DNA from: Candidatus Sericytochromatia bacterium
Lineage (GTDB): Bacteria > Cyanobacteriota > Sericytochromatia > UBA7694
Direction: 5' to 3'
Length of the DNA stretch: 64,000 nucleotides
Assembly: GCA_018780035.1 (NCBI GenBank)
Contig: JADMKE010000003.1
Coordinates: 18,753 to 82,752, forward strand
Position 1 is the first letter of the stretch. Each line of letters opens with the position of its first letter. The notes beneath the pieces are model-generated. The model ran no database searches, was not told where the DNA came from, and saw only the letters and a program-made list of their open reading frames with translations. This document shows, piece after piece, positions 48,162 through 57,623 of the stretch. The translations under genes were made by a program, and so were the position numbers.

Positions 48162-49460
48162 TTATTCAATCAGAGGGGGCGCACCCACTCCGTTGAAAAC
48201 CTCCTTTGAGCTGGATATTGCTCCCGTTTGATCAAAACGGGAGGGGTATTTATAAACTTCGGTTTCGACATCGCTGATCATGCGGTAGTAAATCTGCCGC
48301 CAGACAAAGCGATCGGTAAAGGCAGAAGCAAAGAGCGTCAGCCAGACAAAGACGTAAGCAAACGGGGACCAGAGCGCCCAGTATACCTTGCCACCGAGCG
48401 GATCGGAATCCGGGCGGCGATCGCGAATCATGTTTAAGGCCCGAATAAACAGGGCCGATTGTACCATCCCTGCCGGAAAAATGCTCAACATGCCCCAGGT
48501 TGTTGCCGCAATCGGCGCACCTGTTTGCAGGGAGACAAAGAATTGCCAGAGCCCGACAGCCCCAGCGATATGGATCGCGGTGAGCATGGTGACTGTGGCA
48601 TACCAAACCTCTTTGAGGGTGTGTTTGCCGATCACACATTGGCGTACAGCAAAGATCAAAATATCTTTGAGGCTGTATTCACTCGACAGGCTGGTCATCG
48701 AGGCCGTGACAAACTCCACACGGTAACCGCCCCTGCGCACACATTCGTTGAGCACACAATCGTCAGACAGGGCATTGTCCCACTCTTTGCGAATATTTAA
48801 TTCTTCAAAGCGCTTGCGTGTAATGGCCATGGTACCGCCCCAGGTGACCACATAGCGGTTGAGGTAAAAATTGCTGAATTGGAAACCGGTCCAGAGGGCC
48901 AACGCATAGGTGATCGCACGGCCTGGCTCGGGTCGGTACCAGCGATAAGAGGTGGTGGCCCCCACTTTTTCTTGGGCCAAAGGTGCGACCAGATTGCGCA
49001 GCCAATCCGTTGAAACCCGTGCATCGCTATCGACAAAGGCATAAATATCCACACTGTCGTCGAGGGCGTCCATCGCTGCCATGATATTGTCTAATTTTTG
49101 GCAGCGCTTTTTGCTGAATCCGCCCAAGAGCAAACGAGCCGGTACTTTGGACTCGGCCACCATGCGCTTGAGAACGGGATAGCTGTCATCCTGCTCATCC
49201 AGCGTGACAAAGAGGATCTCGTAATTGGGGTAATCCTGATGCAGCAACATGCGCATATTGTCTTCAAAATCAGGGTCGAGATCTTTGCAGGGGGAAATCA
49301 GGGCTACACGGGGCCACTCACTGGCAGGTTTGTCTCCGGGTTGGGCCACTTTTTTATTCAGCTCAGCTTTAAAAAAGCGGAGGGTCATCAGGCCGCCAAA
49401 AATGATAAAAGCTGAAAAAAAGCTTGCCAAGACTGATAATAGCAAAAACAGGAGCGCCAT
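48162..49460 (-). CDS. Family-2/21 glycosyltransferase (ceramide glucosyltransferase-like), membrane-anchored
   Basis: N-terminal TM, then ISPCKDLD, D.D (FVDSDARV), and C-terminal TM helices typical of GT21/HpnI-like enzymes. Confidence 0.6.
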   Translation of the reverse strand: MALLFLLLSVLASFFSAFIIFGGLMTLRFFKAELNKKVAQPGDKPASEWPRVALISPCKDLDPDFEDNMRMLLHQDYPNYEILFVTLDEQDDSYPVLKRMVAESKVPARLLLGGFSKKRCQKLDNIMAAMDALDDSVDIYAFVDSDARVSTDWLRNLVAPLAQEKVGATTSYRWYRPEPGRAITYALALWTGFQFSNFYLNRYVVTWGGTMAITRKRFEELNIRKEWDNALSDDCVLNECVRRGGYRVEFVTASMTSLSSEYSLKDILIFAVRQCVIGKHTLKEVWYATVTMLTAIHIAGAVGLWQFFVSLQTGAPIAATTWGMLSIFPAGMVQSALFIRALNMIRDRRPDSDPLGGKVYWALWSPFAYVFVWLTLFASAFTDRFVWRQIYYRMISDVETEVYKYPSRFDQTGAISSSKEVFNGVGAPPLIE

Positions 49461-49517
49461 GATTCCCCACTTTTTTTATCAATTATAGCAGGGGCAAGGC
49501 GTGACTCGGAACACCTG

Positions 49518-50120
49518 TCAGTCATTCTCTGAGAGTTGTAAACATTCCCGAATCCAGTCCGCTGGTTGATTGGAGACCGTGGCAAAGGCATGAATTTCGA
49601 ACAAATCTGTCATTGCAATCACTTTGCGCCATTCAAAGCCCGCTGCTTTTAAGACCTTTTTCAAGAGCTTGGGGCTGAAGCCAAATTTATGCGCATAGGG
49701 CTCCCCTTTGCGGGCAATTTGGGGGCCATGGCCAAAAATCAGATCCAAATATCGCACTGGTCCGGCAGAAGAGAGATAAAGAACCGCATCGGGTTCAGCC
49801 ATGCGCACCGCCATATGGCCCATGGCCTGTTGTAAATTGGGCACGATAATATGCACAAAACCCGTGGGACTGAGCATATGTTTAAAACCCGCCAATACCT
49901 GGGGAATTTCGTGTTCGTAATAATGCTCGAGATTGTGAGAGCAAAACAGGGCATCATAGTCTGCGCGGGGCTGTTCGGTCAGTAAACGGGCATCTGAACA
50001 CAGGTCCACATCTGGGCCCGGTAAAATATCGAGCAGGTGGTGTTCCATGCCTGCAAAATGCGCTGGCAGCTCACCGCGTTTACTGCTGCCACCCACATTG
50101 AGAAATTTACGTTGAATCAT
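49518..50120 (-). CDS. Class I SAM-dependent methyltransferase
   Basis: Motif I LNVGGSSK and about 200 aa of methyltransferase fold. Confidence 0.55.
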   Translation of the reverse strand: MIQRKFLNVGGSSKRGELPAHFAGMEHHLLDILPGPDVDLCSDARLLTEQPRADYDALFCSHNLEHYYEHEIPQVLAGFKHMLSPTGFVHIIVPNLQQAMGHMAVRMAEPDAVLYLSSAGPVRYLDLIFGHGPQIARKGEPYAHKFGFSPKLLKKVLKAAGFEWRKVIAMTDLFEIHAFATVSNQPADWIRECLQLSEND

Positions 50121-50197
50121 GAGAGCAGTTTAACAATTTTTCTCAGCTCTCCCAAGAAAGCTGAGAAAGTGCCAAACAAACGTTAAAATAAAAGCAG

Positions 50198-50578
50198 TTG
50201 GCCGAGGAGTTCCATATGATTCATACACCGCCTTATGTCAGTCTGATTCAAAGTGGGAATATTCAACTCTATTCGCTTGACCGTGCAACTGTAAAAAAAA
50301 TGCGTCAAAGCGGTCTCAACCCCGGATGGGTGTGGTTTGGCAATGGGGATTTGGCTTATCCAGAATCCGACGATTTTAGCCACCCGCCCGAATTCATTGC
50401 TACCCTAAAACGACTCGCGGAAGCAGGGATTTGTTTTTCGGAAGATTATAAACAGCAATGTTCACCGGCAGATCTGATGCGGGAACTGCGTGAAGCGGGC
50501 CAACTCAAGATTGAATTTAACAGTATCTCCTGGAAAGGGCCCGGCCAATGTCAATTACACCCCCATCCCCCCGATTGA
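50198..50578 (+). CDS. Hypothetical protein
   Basis: 126 aa ORF. Its start may be the internal MIHTP. It overlaps the next gene by 31 nt. Confidence 0.35.
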   Translation: MAEEFHMIHTPPYVSLIQSGNIQLYSLDRATVKKMRQSGLNPGWVWFGNGDLAYPESDDFSHPPEFIATLKRLAEAGICFSEDYKQQCSPADLMRELREAGQLKIEFNSISWKGPGQCQLHPHPPD

Positions 50579-51378
50579 ACCTGTGTTTGGGGGGGCTCCT
50601 TGGCTCGCTGCTTTTGCTGGCCTGTAGCCCTGCTCCGCCAGTCCCGCTGGATCTGCCAGAGCTCAATCAATCCATTCACCGCTTAACCAATGCGCTGCGG
50701 GTCGAAAAGGGCCTACCGCCATTGGCTGAACTTGAAAGTTTAAATGCGCTTTCAACGCGCCACAGCTTGGATATGGCACGGCAGAATTTTTTCGACCATA
50801 CCAATCCCCAGGGACAAGATCCGATTGCCCGCATGCGTTCCCAGCAAAAGGGCTTGCTTGTCAGCCACTCGGGTGAAAATATCGCCATGCGCAGCACCGC
50901 AGGCGAAAAGGCGACCGAATTTGCCCAGGTTTTACTTGAGCTTTGGAAAAATTCGCCCGAACACTATGCCCATTTGGTCGAACCCAAGTTTCGGCATTTG
51001 GGGGTGGGTGTGGCCCAGGCCGAAGATCGGATCTATGCCACCCAAACCTTTGCCTCCGCTGTGGCTGAATTGGAAGCCCCGCTGCCTGAAACGGTTTCAA
51101 CAGGAGAGACTGTCAACCTCTCCTTCCGCTTTCATGCCGAATTTCCGCCAGCGGAACTCAGTGCCTTTATGAGTGCCCCCGATGGCACTGCCCGGATTCC
51201 CAGCGGCGACGGGCGCTATTATATCGGCAAAGGCCCGATCGGTATTCAATGGAGCGATAGCCTGCATTTTCAGATTCAGATTCCCACCCTTTACGGTTTG
51301 GGCAATTACAGGCTGAGTTTGGGACAAAAATCCCAGTATTATGATCATCCCTTTGTGTTTAAAGCCCTGGCCAAATAA
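50548..51378 (+). CDS. CAP (SCP/PR-1-like) domain lipoprotein
   Basis: Lipobox LLLACSP. CAP domain motifs (LTNALRVEKGLPPL...HSGENIAMRS...HYAHLVEPKFRHLGVGVA). Confidence 0.7.
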   Translation: MSITPPSPRLNLCLGGLLGSLLLLACSPAPPVPLDLPELNQSIHRLTNALRVEKGLPPLAELESLNALSTRHSLDMARQNFFDHTNPQGQDPIARMRSQQKGLLVSHSGENIAMRSTAGEKATEFAQVLLELWKNSPEHYAHLVEPKFRHLGVGVAQAEDRIYATQTFASAVAELEAPLPETVSTGETVNLSFRFHAEFPPAELSAFMSAPDGTARIPSGDGRYYIGKGPIGIQWSDSLHFQIQIPTLYGLGNYRLSLGQKSQYYDHPFVFKALAK

Positions 51379-51528
51379 CCCATCAAGGCATAGGCGGTGC
51401 ACCAGCAGGGCCCCTCTCAAACGGCAAAAGCAAACCTGCTAATTGGTTATAATGGTAAACAGCCCCAATCACTTAGCTCTTTTACGATCAGAGCCAGTTT
51501 ACTATTCAGAGTCAGGAGTTCGCATTCC

Positions 51529-53172
51529 ATGTCTATTGAACCCATATCCGAAGCCGAAACTGAGGATACGCTCGAGCGCTTTCTTGCGACAGAAACCACA
51601 ACCGAAAGTTTAGAGACCCCCACAGAGAGCTACCTTTCTCCTTTTGCAGGCTTGAGCCTGTATGCCGAAGAGGATGAATACCAAGAGGAAGATGAAGATC
51701 TTCCGCCATTTATGCGGGCCCAAGCCCAAAAAGCCGAAACAAAACCAGAGCCTGTTGCCCATTCGGTGCCAGAAACAACCCAGGCCAAGGCGGCTCCAAC
51801 TGCACCAGCCGTTCCGGTTGCGCCCCCCATTCCCCAACGGGCCGCGGCTGAATTGGCCCCTGAAGAGCTGCAAGAGACCTTGATTGTGGGGGGATTCAGT
51901 TTAAATTCAGGCGATAGTCAATACAAACAAGAAGAGAGCATGCTCAATTACCTGATCAAAAATGCCTTGGTTGATCAGGTTTCTGCGATCCACATTGAAC
52001 CGATGGACCGGTATATTCGTGTGCGCTACAGAATTGGCGGTGTTTTACAACAAAAAACGGCCTTGCCCCCCAATTTGGGAATGCCCATGCTTGCACGTTT
52101 AAAACAACTCTGCGCCTTAAATGCAGAAATGGTTACCACACCTCAGCAGAACCGGGTTCATGCCAGTTTTAACGAGCAAGAATTTGAATTGGGTTTGGCC
52201 ACCTATCCCACCGCCTGGGGTGAGAATATGGTCATGAGTTTGCGTCAGAAACAGAAATCCGCCAATGATGTACTCCGACTCGACAGTATTGGGCTCTCAC
52301 CCCTGAATCTTTGGCGCTTGCAAAAATTATTGGGGCAGCCCGGCGGTCTCACCATTGTGACCGGCCCCGCCCGTTCAGGCAAAACAACCACCCTTTACGC
52401 GGCCTTAAATGCCTTAAATTTGCTCAGCCGTTCGATTGTGACAGCCGAAAATCCGCTCGAACACCTGATCATGGGCATTACCCAGGGCAATTGGAGCCCC
52501 GAAAATGGCGAATCTTACCCAGATTTGATCCGCGCCATGTCTCATTTGGATCCCGATGTTTTGATGGTCAGCCAATTGGATTCACCCGAAACTGTTGAAG
52601 CCACTGTGGATCAAGCACTTACTGGTGCCAAGGTGCTCACTTCGTATCACAGCTTTGATACCATGGGGGCCTTGCTGCGTTTGGGGGTGCAGGGGCTGGA
52701 ATCGTATTTGATCGCCTCCAGCAATGTGACCCTGATTTCTCAGCGATTGGTTCGCAAGCTCTGCCCCCATTGCCGCCATGCAGATTCGCCTCCCAAAGAA
52801 TTCCTCGATGTCTTGGGACTCAAAGGCGTTCATCCCAAATCTTTTCAGGTGTATTGGGCCCGTGGCTGCAGTGAATGCAATCAAATGGGCTATTTGGGCC
52901 AGACCACATTGCAAGAGATGTTGGTCTTAAACGAATCCATGCGTGAGGCCATTTTGGAACATCAACCCGCCGCCCGGATTCGCGAGTTGGCGAGACAAGA
53001 AGGCAAATTGGTGACCATGGCTGAAGATGGCTATTTTAAAGCCACCGAAGGGATCACCTCGCTCTCAGAAGTGCAGCGGGTGGCTTTTGTGAACGAATTT
53101 GATGCCAAATCACCCTGGGAAGCTGAAAAAATCCTCAAGGTGTGTAAAGGCGAAGATCAGAGCTATTTGTAA
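51529..53172 (+). CDS. GspE/PilB-family secretion ATPase paralogue with a degenerate catalytic core (predicted non-hydrolysing)
   Basis: Start at MSIEPISEAE. Acidic low-complexity N-terminus. Walker A GPARSGKTTT. The Asp box is ENPLEH (not EDPIE). The Walker B region is DVLMVSQLD (not D..MVGE.RD). His box TSYHSFD. Tetracysteine CPHC...CSEC. Confidence 0.75.
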   Translation: MSIEPISEAETEDTLERFLATETTTESLETPTESYLSPFAGLSLYAEEDEYQEEDEDLPPFMRAQAQKAETKPEPVAHSVPETTQAKAAPTAPAVPVAPPIPQRAAAELAPEELQETLIVGGFSLNSGDSQYKQEESMLNYLIKNALVDQVSAIHIEPMDRYIRVRYRIGGVLQQKTALPPNLGMPMLARLKQLCALNAEMVTTPQQNRVHASFNEQEFELGLATYPTAWGENMVMSLRQKQKSANDVLRLDSIGLSPLNLWRLQKLLGQPGGLTIVTGPARSGKTTTLYAALNALNLLSRSIVTAENPLEHLIMGITQGNWSPENGESYPDLIRAMSHLDPDVLMVSQLDSPETVEATVDQALTGAKVLTSYHSFDTMGALLRLGVQGLESYLIASSNVTLISQRLVRKLCPHCRHADSPPKEFLDVLGLKGVHPKSFQVYWARGCSECNQMGYLGQTTLQEMLVLNESMREAILEHQPAARIRELARQEGKLVTMAEDGYFKATEGITSLSEVQRVAFVNEFDAKSPWEAEKILKVCKGEDQSYL

Positions 53173-53191
53173 TACGCTTAGGTGTGCAAAG

Positions 53192-53218
53192 AAAAAACGG
53201 CGGGTGAAAGCCCGCCGC
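53192..53218 (-). terminator. Rho-independent terminator for the glycine-zipper gene (hairpin plus T6 on the minus strand)
   Basis: Plus strand aaaaaa-cggcgggtgaaagcccgccg. The minus strand reads hairpin followed by TTTTTT. It may also terminate the convergent ATPase gene. Confidence 0.7.
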
Positions 53219-53249
53219 TTGAGAGAGATACAAATACGAGAATCGAAGT

Positions 53250-53966
53250 TTACTTGTCGGTATTGAGCAAACCAATACCTGCGCCAATCGCAGCACCGAT
53301 AACAAAGGCAACTGGAGAGGCATGAGTCAGGCGATCGGCGGCCATTGAGGCGATCGCAGAGCCCGCAATACCGACAGCAGAGCCGCCGATTAATGCGCCA
53401 GCAACGGTATTTTTAATCGCGTTGGTATTTTTGTCGCCGGTGTCGAGGTTAACCAATCCAATGCCGGTGCCCAGAGCGATACCGATGCCCACACCCAGAC
53501 CACTGGGGCCAGAAAGCTGATCAAATCCTATGGAACGGACGGCGCTGTTGGCAATTGCCATGGCTGAACCGCCAATTAAGGCGCCTGCAGCGGTATTTTT
53601 AATTTGATTGGTGGTTTCGTCGCCGGTTTCGAGATTGAGCAGGCCAATGCCAGCGCCCATCGAAACACCGATGCCAACACCTGTCAGGGTGGGAGCGGTC
53701 AGACGGTCGGCAGCAATGGAGTTGACGATGCCATTGGCCAGAGTGCCTGCACCCCCGCCGATTAAAACGCCACCTGCAATTTTTTTTGCGATGTCTAAGG
53801 GATCAGAGGTTTGTTTTTTAAATTCTACAGCGTCACCCTGGTCAAGGGGGCTGGGCGCAGGCGGCGCGGGAGGCAGGGGTTGCTGCTGGGGTTCTGCGGC
53901 GCGGGCGGTAATCCGGGTTTCAACCGTCACTTGAACATTGGAGCCAGAAACTTGAAAACTTCCCAT
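53250..53966 (-). CDS. Hypothetical protein with three tandem repeats of about 60 aa carrying glycine-zipper motifs (GxxxGxxxG)
   Basis: Repeat unit D..TN.IKNT.AGALIGG.A..IANS.V.SI..D.L..P..LGVGIG...G.GIGL.NL(E/D)TGD occurs three times. Pro-rich N-terminus. No signal peptide. Confidence 0.6.
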   Translation of the reverse strand: MGSFQVSGSNVQVTVETRITARAAEPQQQPLPPAPPAPSPLDQGDAVEFKKQTSDPLDIAKKIAGGVLIGGGAGTLANGIVNSIAADRLTAPTLTGVGIGVSMGAGIGLLNLETGDETTNQIKNTAAGALIGGSAMAIANSAVRSIGFDQLSGPSGLGVGIGIALGTGIGLVNLDTGDKNTNAIKNTVAGALIGGSAVGIAGSAIASMAADRLTHASPVAFVIGAAIGAGIGLLNTDK

Positions 53967-54112
53967 TTTTCGAATTCTCTCTTTTCAATTAATCTCTCTT
54001 GATAATAAAGTTATACCCCAAAAAAGACGCTTTCTGACCTTAAGAAAAACAAGACCAATTTAAGCTTGGGTTAGATTTGATTAATCCTTTTTGAATCTGG
54101 GGGAAAGCCACT

Positions 54113-55315
54113 TTAAAGATCTGCAGGGGCCTTGCGGCGCCGGGAGATTTCCCGAATAATCAGATCCAATTCCCGGCCCACCTGCCCAGCCACAGAGGTA
54201 TTTTCCTCGGCCCGGCGAATCAGATAGGGCACAATTTCTTTGACTGGGGCATAGGGCACGTATTTGACCACATGGTACCCCGCCCGTGCCAGATTGAAGC
54301 TGAGATGATCACTCATGCCCAGCAATTGGGCAAACCAAATGTGGGGGTGCTCAGCAGGCAAATTGCGTTTTTGCATTTCTGCCACAAGGTGGTAATTGCT
54401 CTCTTCGTTGTGGCTGCCTGCGCAAAAGGACACACGCTCCAAATGATCCAAACAGAGGCTGACAGCGGCATTAAAATCACGGTCAGTGGCCGCTTTATTG
54501 GGCTGAATTGGGTCGGGATAACCTTTGCGGGCAGCACGGTCACGCTCTTTCTCCATATAGGCACCGCGTACCAATTTTAAGCCCAATTGAAACCCCTCTT
54601 GCTCAGCCAGGTGCAGGCTGTCTTTGAGATAGCTCAGGCGATCACTGCGGTACATCTGCAGTGTATTCCAGACCCAGGCCTGTTTGCGGTTGAATTTGCG
54701 CATCATATTGAGGGCAAAGCGGTCTATAGCTGGTTGAATCCAACTCTCTTCGGCATCCAAAAAAACCGGTGTCTCGGCCTCTGCGGCTGCGGCACAAATG
54801 CGCTCAATTCGGGCTTCCACCCGTTCCAATTCAGCTTTTTCGCTTTGGCTCAGCCCGCCCCATTGGCTGACTTTTTCCAAAAGCTCAAAGCGGGCCAGGC
54901 CCGTGACTTTAAAGACGGCAAAGGGAATATGTGCATCCCCTTTGGCCCGGGCTATTCCGTGCAAAAGTTCAGTGGTGGTATTTTCAAAACTGCTTTCGGA
55001 AGATTTGCCTTCAGCAGAATAGTCCAAAATGGTGCCAATATTGTACTTGGCCAATTGGCTGATCGTCTCAGCACAGGCTTCAATATTTTCACCCCCGACA
55101 AATTGGCGAAACAGCGTTGCTTTGATCAGGGGGCCAATTGGCAAATGCAAGGCAAAACTGGCCTGGGTGACATATTTTCCCATTTCGACCAGCTTGCGGT
55201 TACCAAGTGTCTTAAACAGCAAATAGGCCCTGCGTAAATCCAAATTGCTGCGGGATTCAAAGGCGATTTGGGTGTTGTCAAAGGAGAGTGGGGTCGGCAT
55301 AAACGGTTCTTTCAC
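54113..55315 (-). CDS. Proline dehydrogenase (monofunctional PRODH)
   Basis: PRODH barrel motifs including C-terminal VVKYVPYAPVKEIVPYLIRRAEENTS. Confidence 0.75.
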   Translation of the reverse strand: MKEPFMPTPLSFDNTQIAFESRSNLDLRRAYLLFKTLGNRKLVEMGKYVTQASFALHLPIGPLIKATLFRQFVGGENIEACAETISQLAKYNIGTILDYSAEGKSSESSFENTTTELLHGIARAKGDAHIPFAVFKVTGLARFELLEKVSQWGGLSQSEKAELERVEARIERICAAAAEAETPVFLDAEESWIQPAIDRFALNMMRKFNRKQAWVWNTLQMYRSDRLSYLKDSLHLAEQEGFQLGLKLVRGAYMEKERDRAARKGYPDPIQPNKAATDRDFNAAVSLCLDHLERVSFCAGSHNEESNYHLVAEMQKRNLPAEHPHIWFAQLLGMSDHLSFNLARAGYHVVKYVPYAPVKEIVPYLIRRAEENTSVAGQVGRELDLIIREISRRRKAPADL

Positions 55316-55393
55316 ATCTTCAAGATAGAATTCCCTGGTATCTTAACCCCAGAATGGGGGCTTCCCCAAGTAAAAGCCCTGTAAAAGCCAAAG

Positions 55394-55421
55394 AAAAAAC
55401 CTGCCCCGGGGGAGAGGCAGG
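55394..55421 (-). terminator. Candidate intrinsic terminator (hairpin cctgcc...ggcagg followed by T6 on the minus strand)
   Basis: aaaaaacctgccccgggggagaggcaggctt lies about 110 bp downstream of the nucleotidyltransferase stop. Confidence 0.35.
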
Positions 55422-55531
55422 CTTCGGGCCACTTGCTGAAGACAAGCATTTGAAGGGACAGAGTCAAATCCTGAACTCTTTTATTATATAAAGAATTGTA
55501 AACTTTTGTCAACCATTGTTAATATCTTTTT

Positions 55532-56293
55532 TTAATCTGCGTTTTCGCTCGCTAAAAGCGAGGGCTGAAACATCAGAGAATTGGCGTAATACCAAGAATC
55601 AAAGGTGCCGGCATCGGTCCACCAGCCGGGCATCACCTCGTGCTGCAAAAGCGCTGCGTGTAAATAGGCCCGGTTGACCTCGGTGATCTCCAATTCGTTG
55701 CGGGTCGAAGGCTTGAGGCCGCGGATGATCTCAAAGACCTCGGCATCATAGCCATAAATGCCCGTCACGGCATAATCCGAAGGGGCTTGCTCTGGTTTTT
55801 CAAGAATATCGCTGATCACGTGGCTGGTTTGACCGTCTTTGCTGACCTCTTGAAAGGCCACCACCCCGTAGCGCGTGGGGTCGGGCACCTGTTTGAGTAA
55901 AATTCGCGCTCCGCTTCCCTGTTTTTCGAAGCGCCGAATAAAACCCTTGAGATCGCTTTGAAAAATATTGTCACCGAGGATCACCGTCATCAGATCGTGA
56001 GCGGCGAAGTGTTCTGCCAGAGCCAGGGCCTGGGCAATGCCACCCGGTTGATCTTGGACCCGGTAGGTCAAACGGCAGCCAAGTTCATAGCCGCTCCCCA
56101 GCAAGCCAATCACAGCGCCCATATGTTCGACCCCCGTGACAATCAAAATTTCTTCGATCCCCGCTTCGATCAATTTGCGCAAAGGGTGAAAAATCATGGG
56201 CTCTTTGCCCACAGGCAAGAGATGTTTGTTGGTGACTTTGGTCAGCGGAAAAAGACGGGAGCCTGTGCCACCGGCCAAGATAATACCTTTCAC
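55532..56293 (-). CDS. Sugar-phosphate nucleotidyltransferase (glucose-1-phosphate thymidylyl/cytidylyl-transferase-like)
   Basis: MKGIILAGGTGSRLFPLT signature, about 250 aa. Confidence 0.75.
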   Translation of the reverse strand: MKGIILAGGTGSRLFPLTKVTNKHLLPVGKEPMIFHPLRKLIEAGIEEILIVTGVEHMGAVIGLLGSGYELGCRLTYRVQDQPGGIAQALALAEHFAAHDLMTVILGDNIFQSDLKGFIRRFEKQGSGARILLKQVPDPTRYGVVAFQEVSKDGQTSHVISDILEKPEQAPSDYAVTGIYGYDAEVFEIIRGLKPSTRNELEITEVNRAYLHAALLQHEVMPGWWTDAGTFDSWYYANSLMFQPSLLASENAD

Positions 56294-57609
56294 TGTTGAA
56301 TATGCTCCTGAATTTGATGCAAGTGACTTTCCCAGGCGGCATAGCCAGCAGGTTCAGACGGATAGCTTTTAAAATGTTTGTGCAAATCCCCTGCCCAGTT
56401 CAGACGGTGATTAAAGCGCAGCAAGAGCGAGGGGTTTGAGGCGCCCCGCAACCCTTTTTGTAGTTTTTGCATGGTGCTGAAATCCAAAATTTTGCCCCCC
56501 AGCGCACTGCGGATATCGTCAGCGGTGATAATATCGCGTTCAAAGGCAAATTCCATATTTTCAACGCTTTCGTTCATCAAAATCATGCGCATCACGTCTT
56601 GATAGGCCAATTGGGCACCGACATCACGCTGATAGTTCAAATTATACTCCCAAAGCCGCTCCTGGCTTAGATCCTGCTCGGCCAAAGCGACTTTGGCCAC
56701 CTCTGCCAGGGCCTTTGCGCCTTTGAGACCCGCAGAAATGCCCCCACCGCGCACCGAATTCACCATAAATGCGGCATCGCCCACGGTTGCAAAGCCATTG
56801 GTTACCATATTTGTGAGTGGGTAACGCAGGGGGATCTTGCCCAAGGCCTCTTGGCTGATTTCCCCCACTTCCCAGCCAAATTGTTCAATCGCCTGATCCA
56901 GGATCATTTTGACCTGCTCAGGCTCCACCCGCGACATCATGCCCACGCCGATATCATTGGGAGAGCGCCAGACATAACCCCCTTCAACCGAAAAATAAAT
57001 ATGCAATTCAGAGTCACCCGTTTGGCTCTGACACATGCGGCGATAGGCAATGCCATATTCACTTTCGAGGGTCAGTGGGTGTTCGGACAGTGGCAGCCCC
57101 AAAGCGGCCAATTGACTGCTGAGGACCTGATGCATCCCCGAGGCATCGATGATTAACCGGGCTTTGAGTTGCTCGCCAGTCTTGAGTTCGACTCCGCTCA
57201 CCCGCCTATCGGCTCCGACTCCGCTCACCCGGTTATTTTCCACCAAGGGCCCTTTAACTTCGGCTTGGAGATAGCTGAGATTGTTTTCCAGCGCTTCGTG
57301 AAAGAGGCGCTGTAAAAGGGCATACCCATTCACCAAAATGGAGGAGAAATCGATCGGCTTTTTGATCCGGGCCGAAGGTGAATAGGCATAAAATTGATCG
57401 AGCAAATGCAGGAGTTCGTCTCCCTGCGGGCGTTCCATCGCGGTTTTGGAAAAGGTATCGACATCGAGCATCACACTTTCAAAGCGGGATCCCAATTCGG
57501 TTTCGGGGTGGCGGTCGATCAGCAGGACTTTGTAGCCTGCTGCGCTCAGGATCTTTGCGCAAAAAACACCGCTAAATCCGCCGCCTGTAATAATGACATC
57601 CAAGCTCAT
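56290..57609 (-). CDS. FAD-dependent oxidoreductase (geranylgeranyl-reductase-like family)
   Basis: N-terminal dinucleotide fold DVIITGGGFSGVFCAKIL...LIDR and a GD motif (TVGDAAFMVN). Internal duplicated RVSGV segment. Overlaps the downstream gene by 4 nt. Confidence 0.65.
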   Translation of the reverse strand: MSLDVIITGGGFSGVFCAKILSAAGYKVLLIDRHPETELGSRFESVMLDVDTFSKTAMERPQGDELLHLLDQFYAYSPSARIKKPIDFSSILVNGYALLQRLFHEALENNLSYLQAEVKGPLVENNRVSGVGADRRVSGVELKTGEQLKARLIIDASGMHQVLSSQLAALGLPLSEHPLTLESEYGIAYRRMCQSQTGDSELHIYFSVEGGYVWRSPNDIGVGMMSRVEPEQVKMILDQAIEQFGWEVGEISQEALGKIPLRYPLTNMVTNGFATVGDAAFMVNSVRGGGISAGLKGAKALAEVAKVALAEQDLSQERLWEYNLNYQRDVGAQLAYQDVMRMILMNESVENMEFAFERDIITADDIRSALGGKILDFSTMQKLQKGLRGASNPSLLLRFNHRLNWAGDLHKHFKSYPSEPAGYAAWESHLHQIQEHIQQ

Positions 57610-57623
57610 GACTCAAGTTTCCT

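Noticed and set aside
51397-51528. N-terminal 44-codon extension of the first GspE-like ORF (MHQQGPSQ...)
   Set aside because: It overlaps the CAP-domain gene's end and has no Shine-Dalgarno. The internal MSIEP start lies in the intergenic gap and is more plausible.
57185-57240. Short direct DNA repeat (gactccgctcacccg, twice) inside the FAD oxidoreductase gene
   Set aside because: It just encodes a duplicated RVSGV pentapeptide within a loop. There is no sign of mobile-element or regulatory function.
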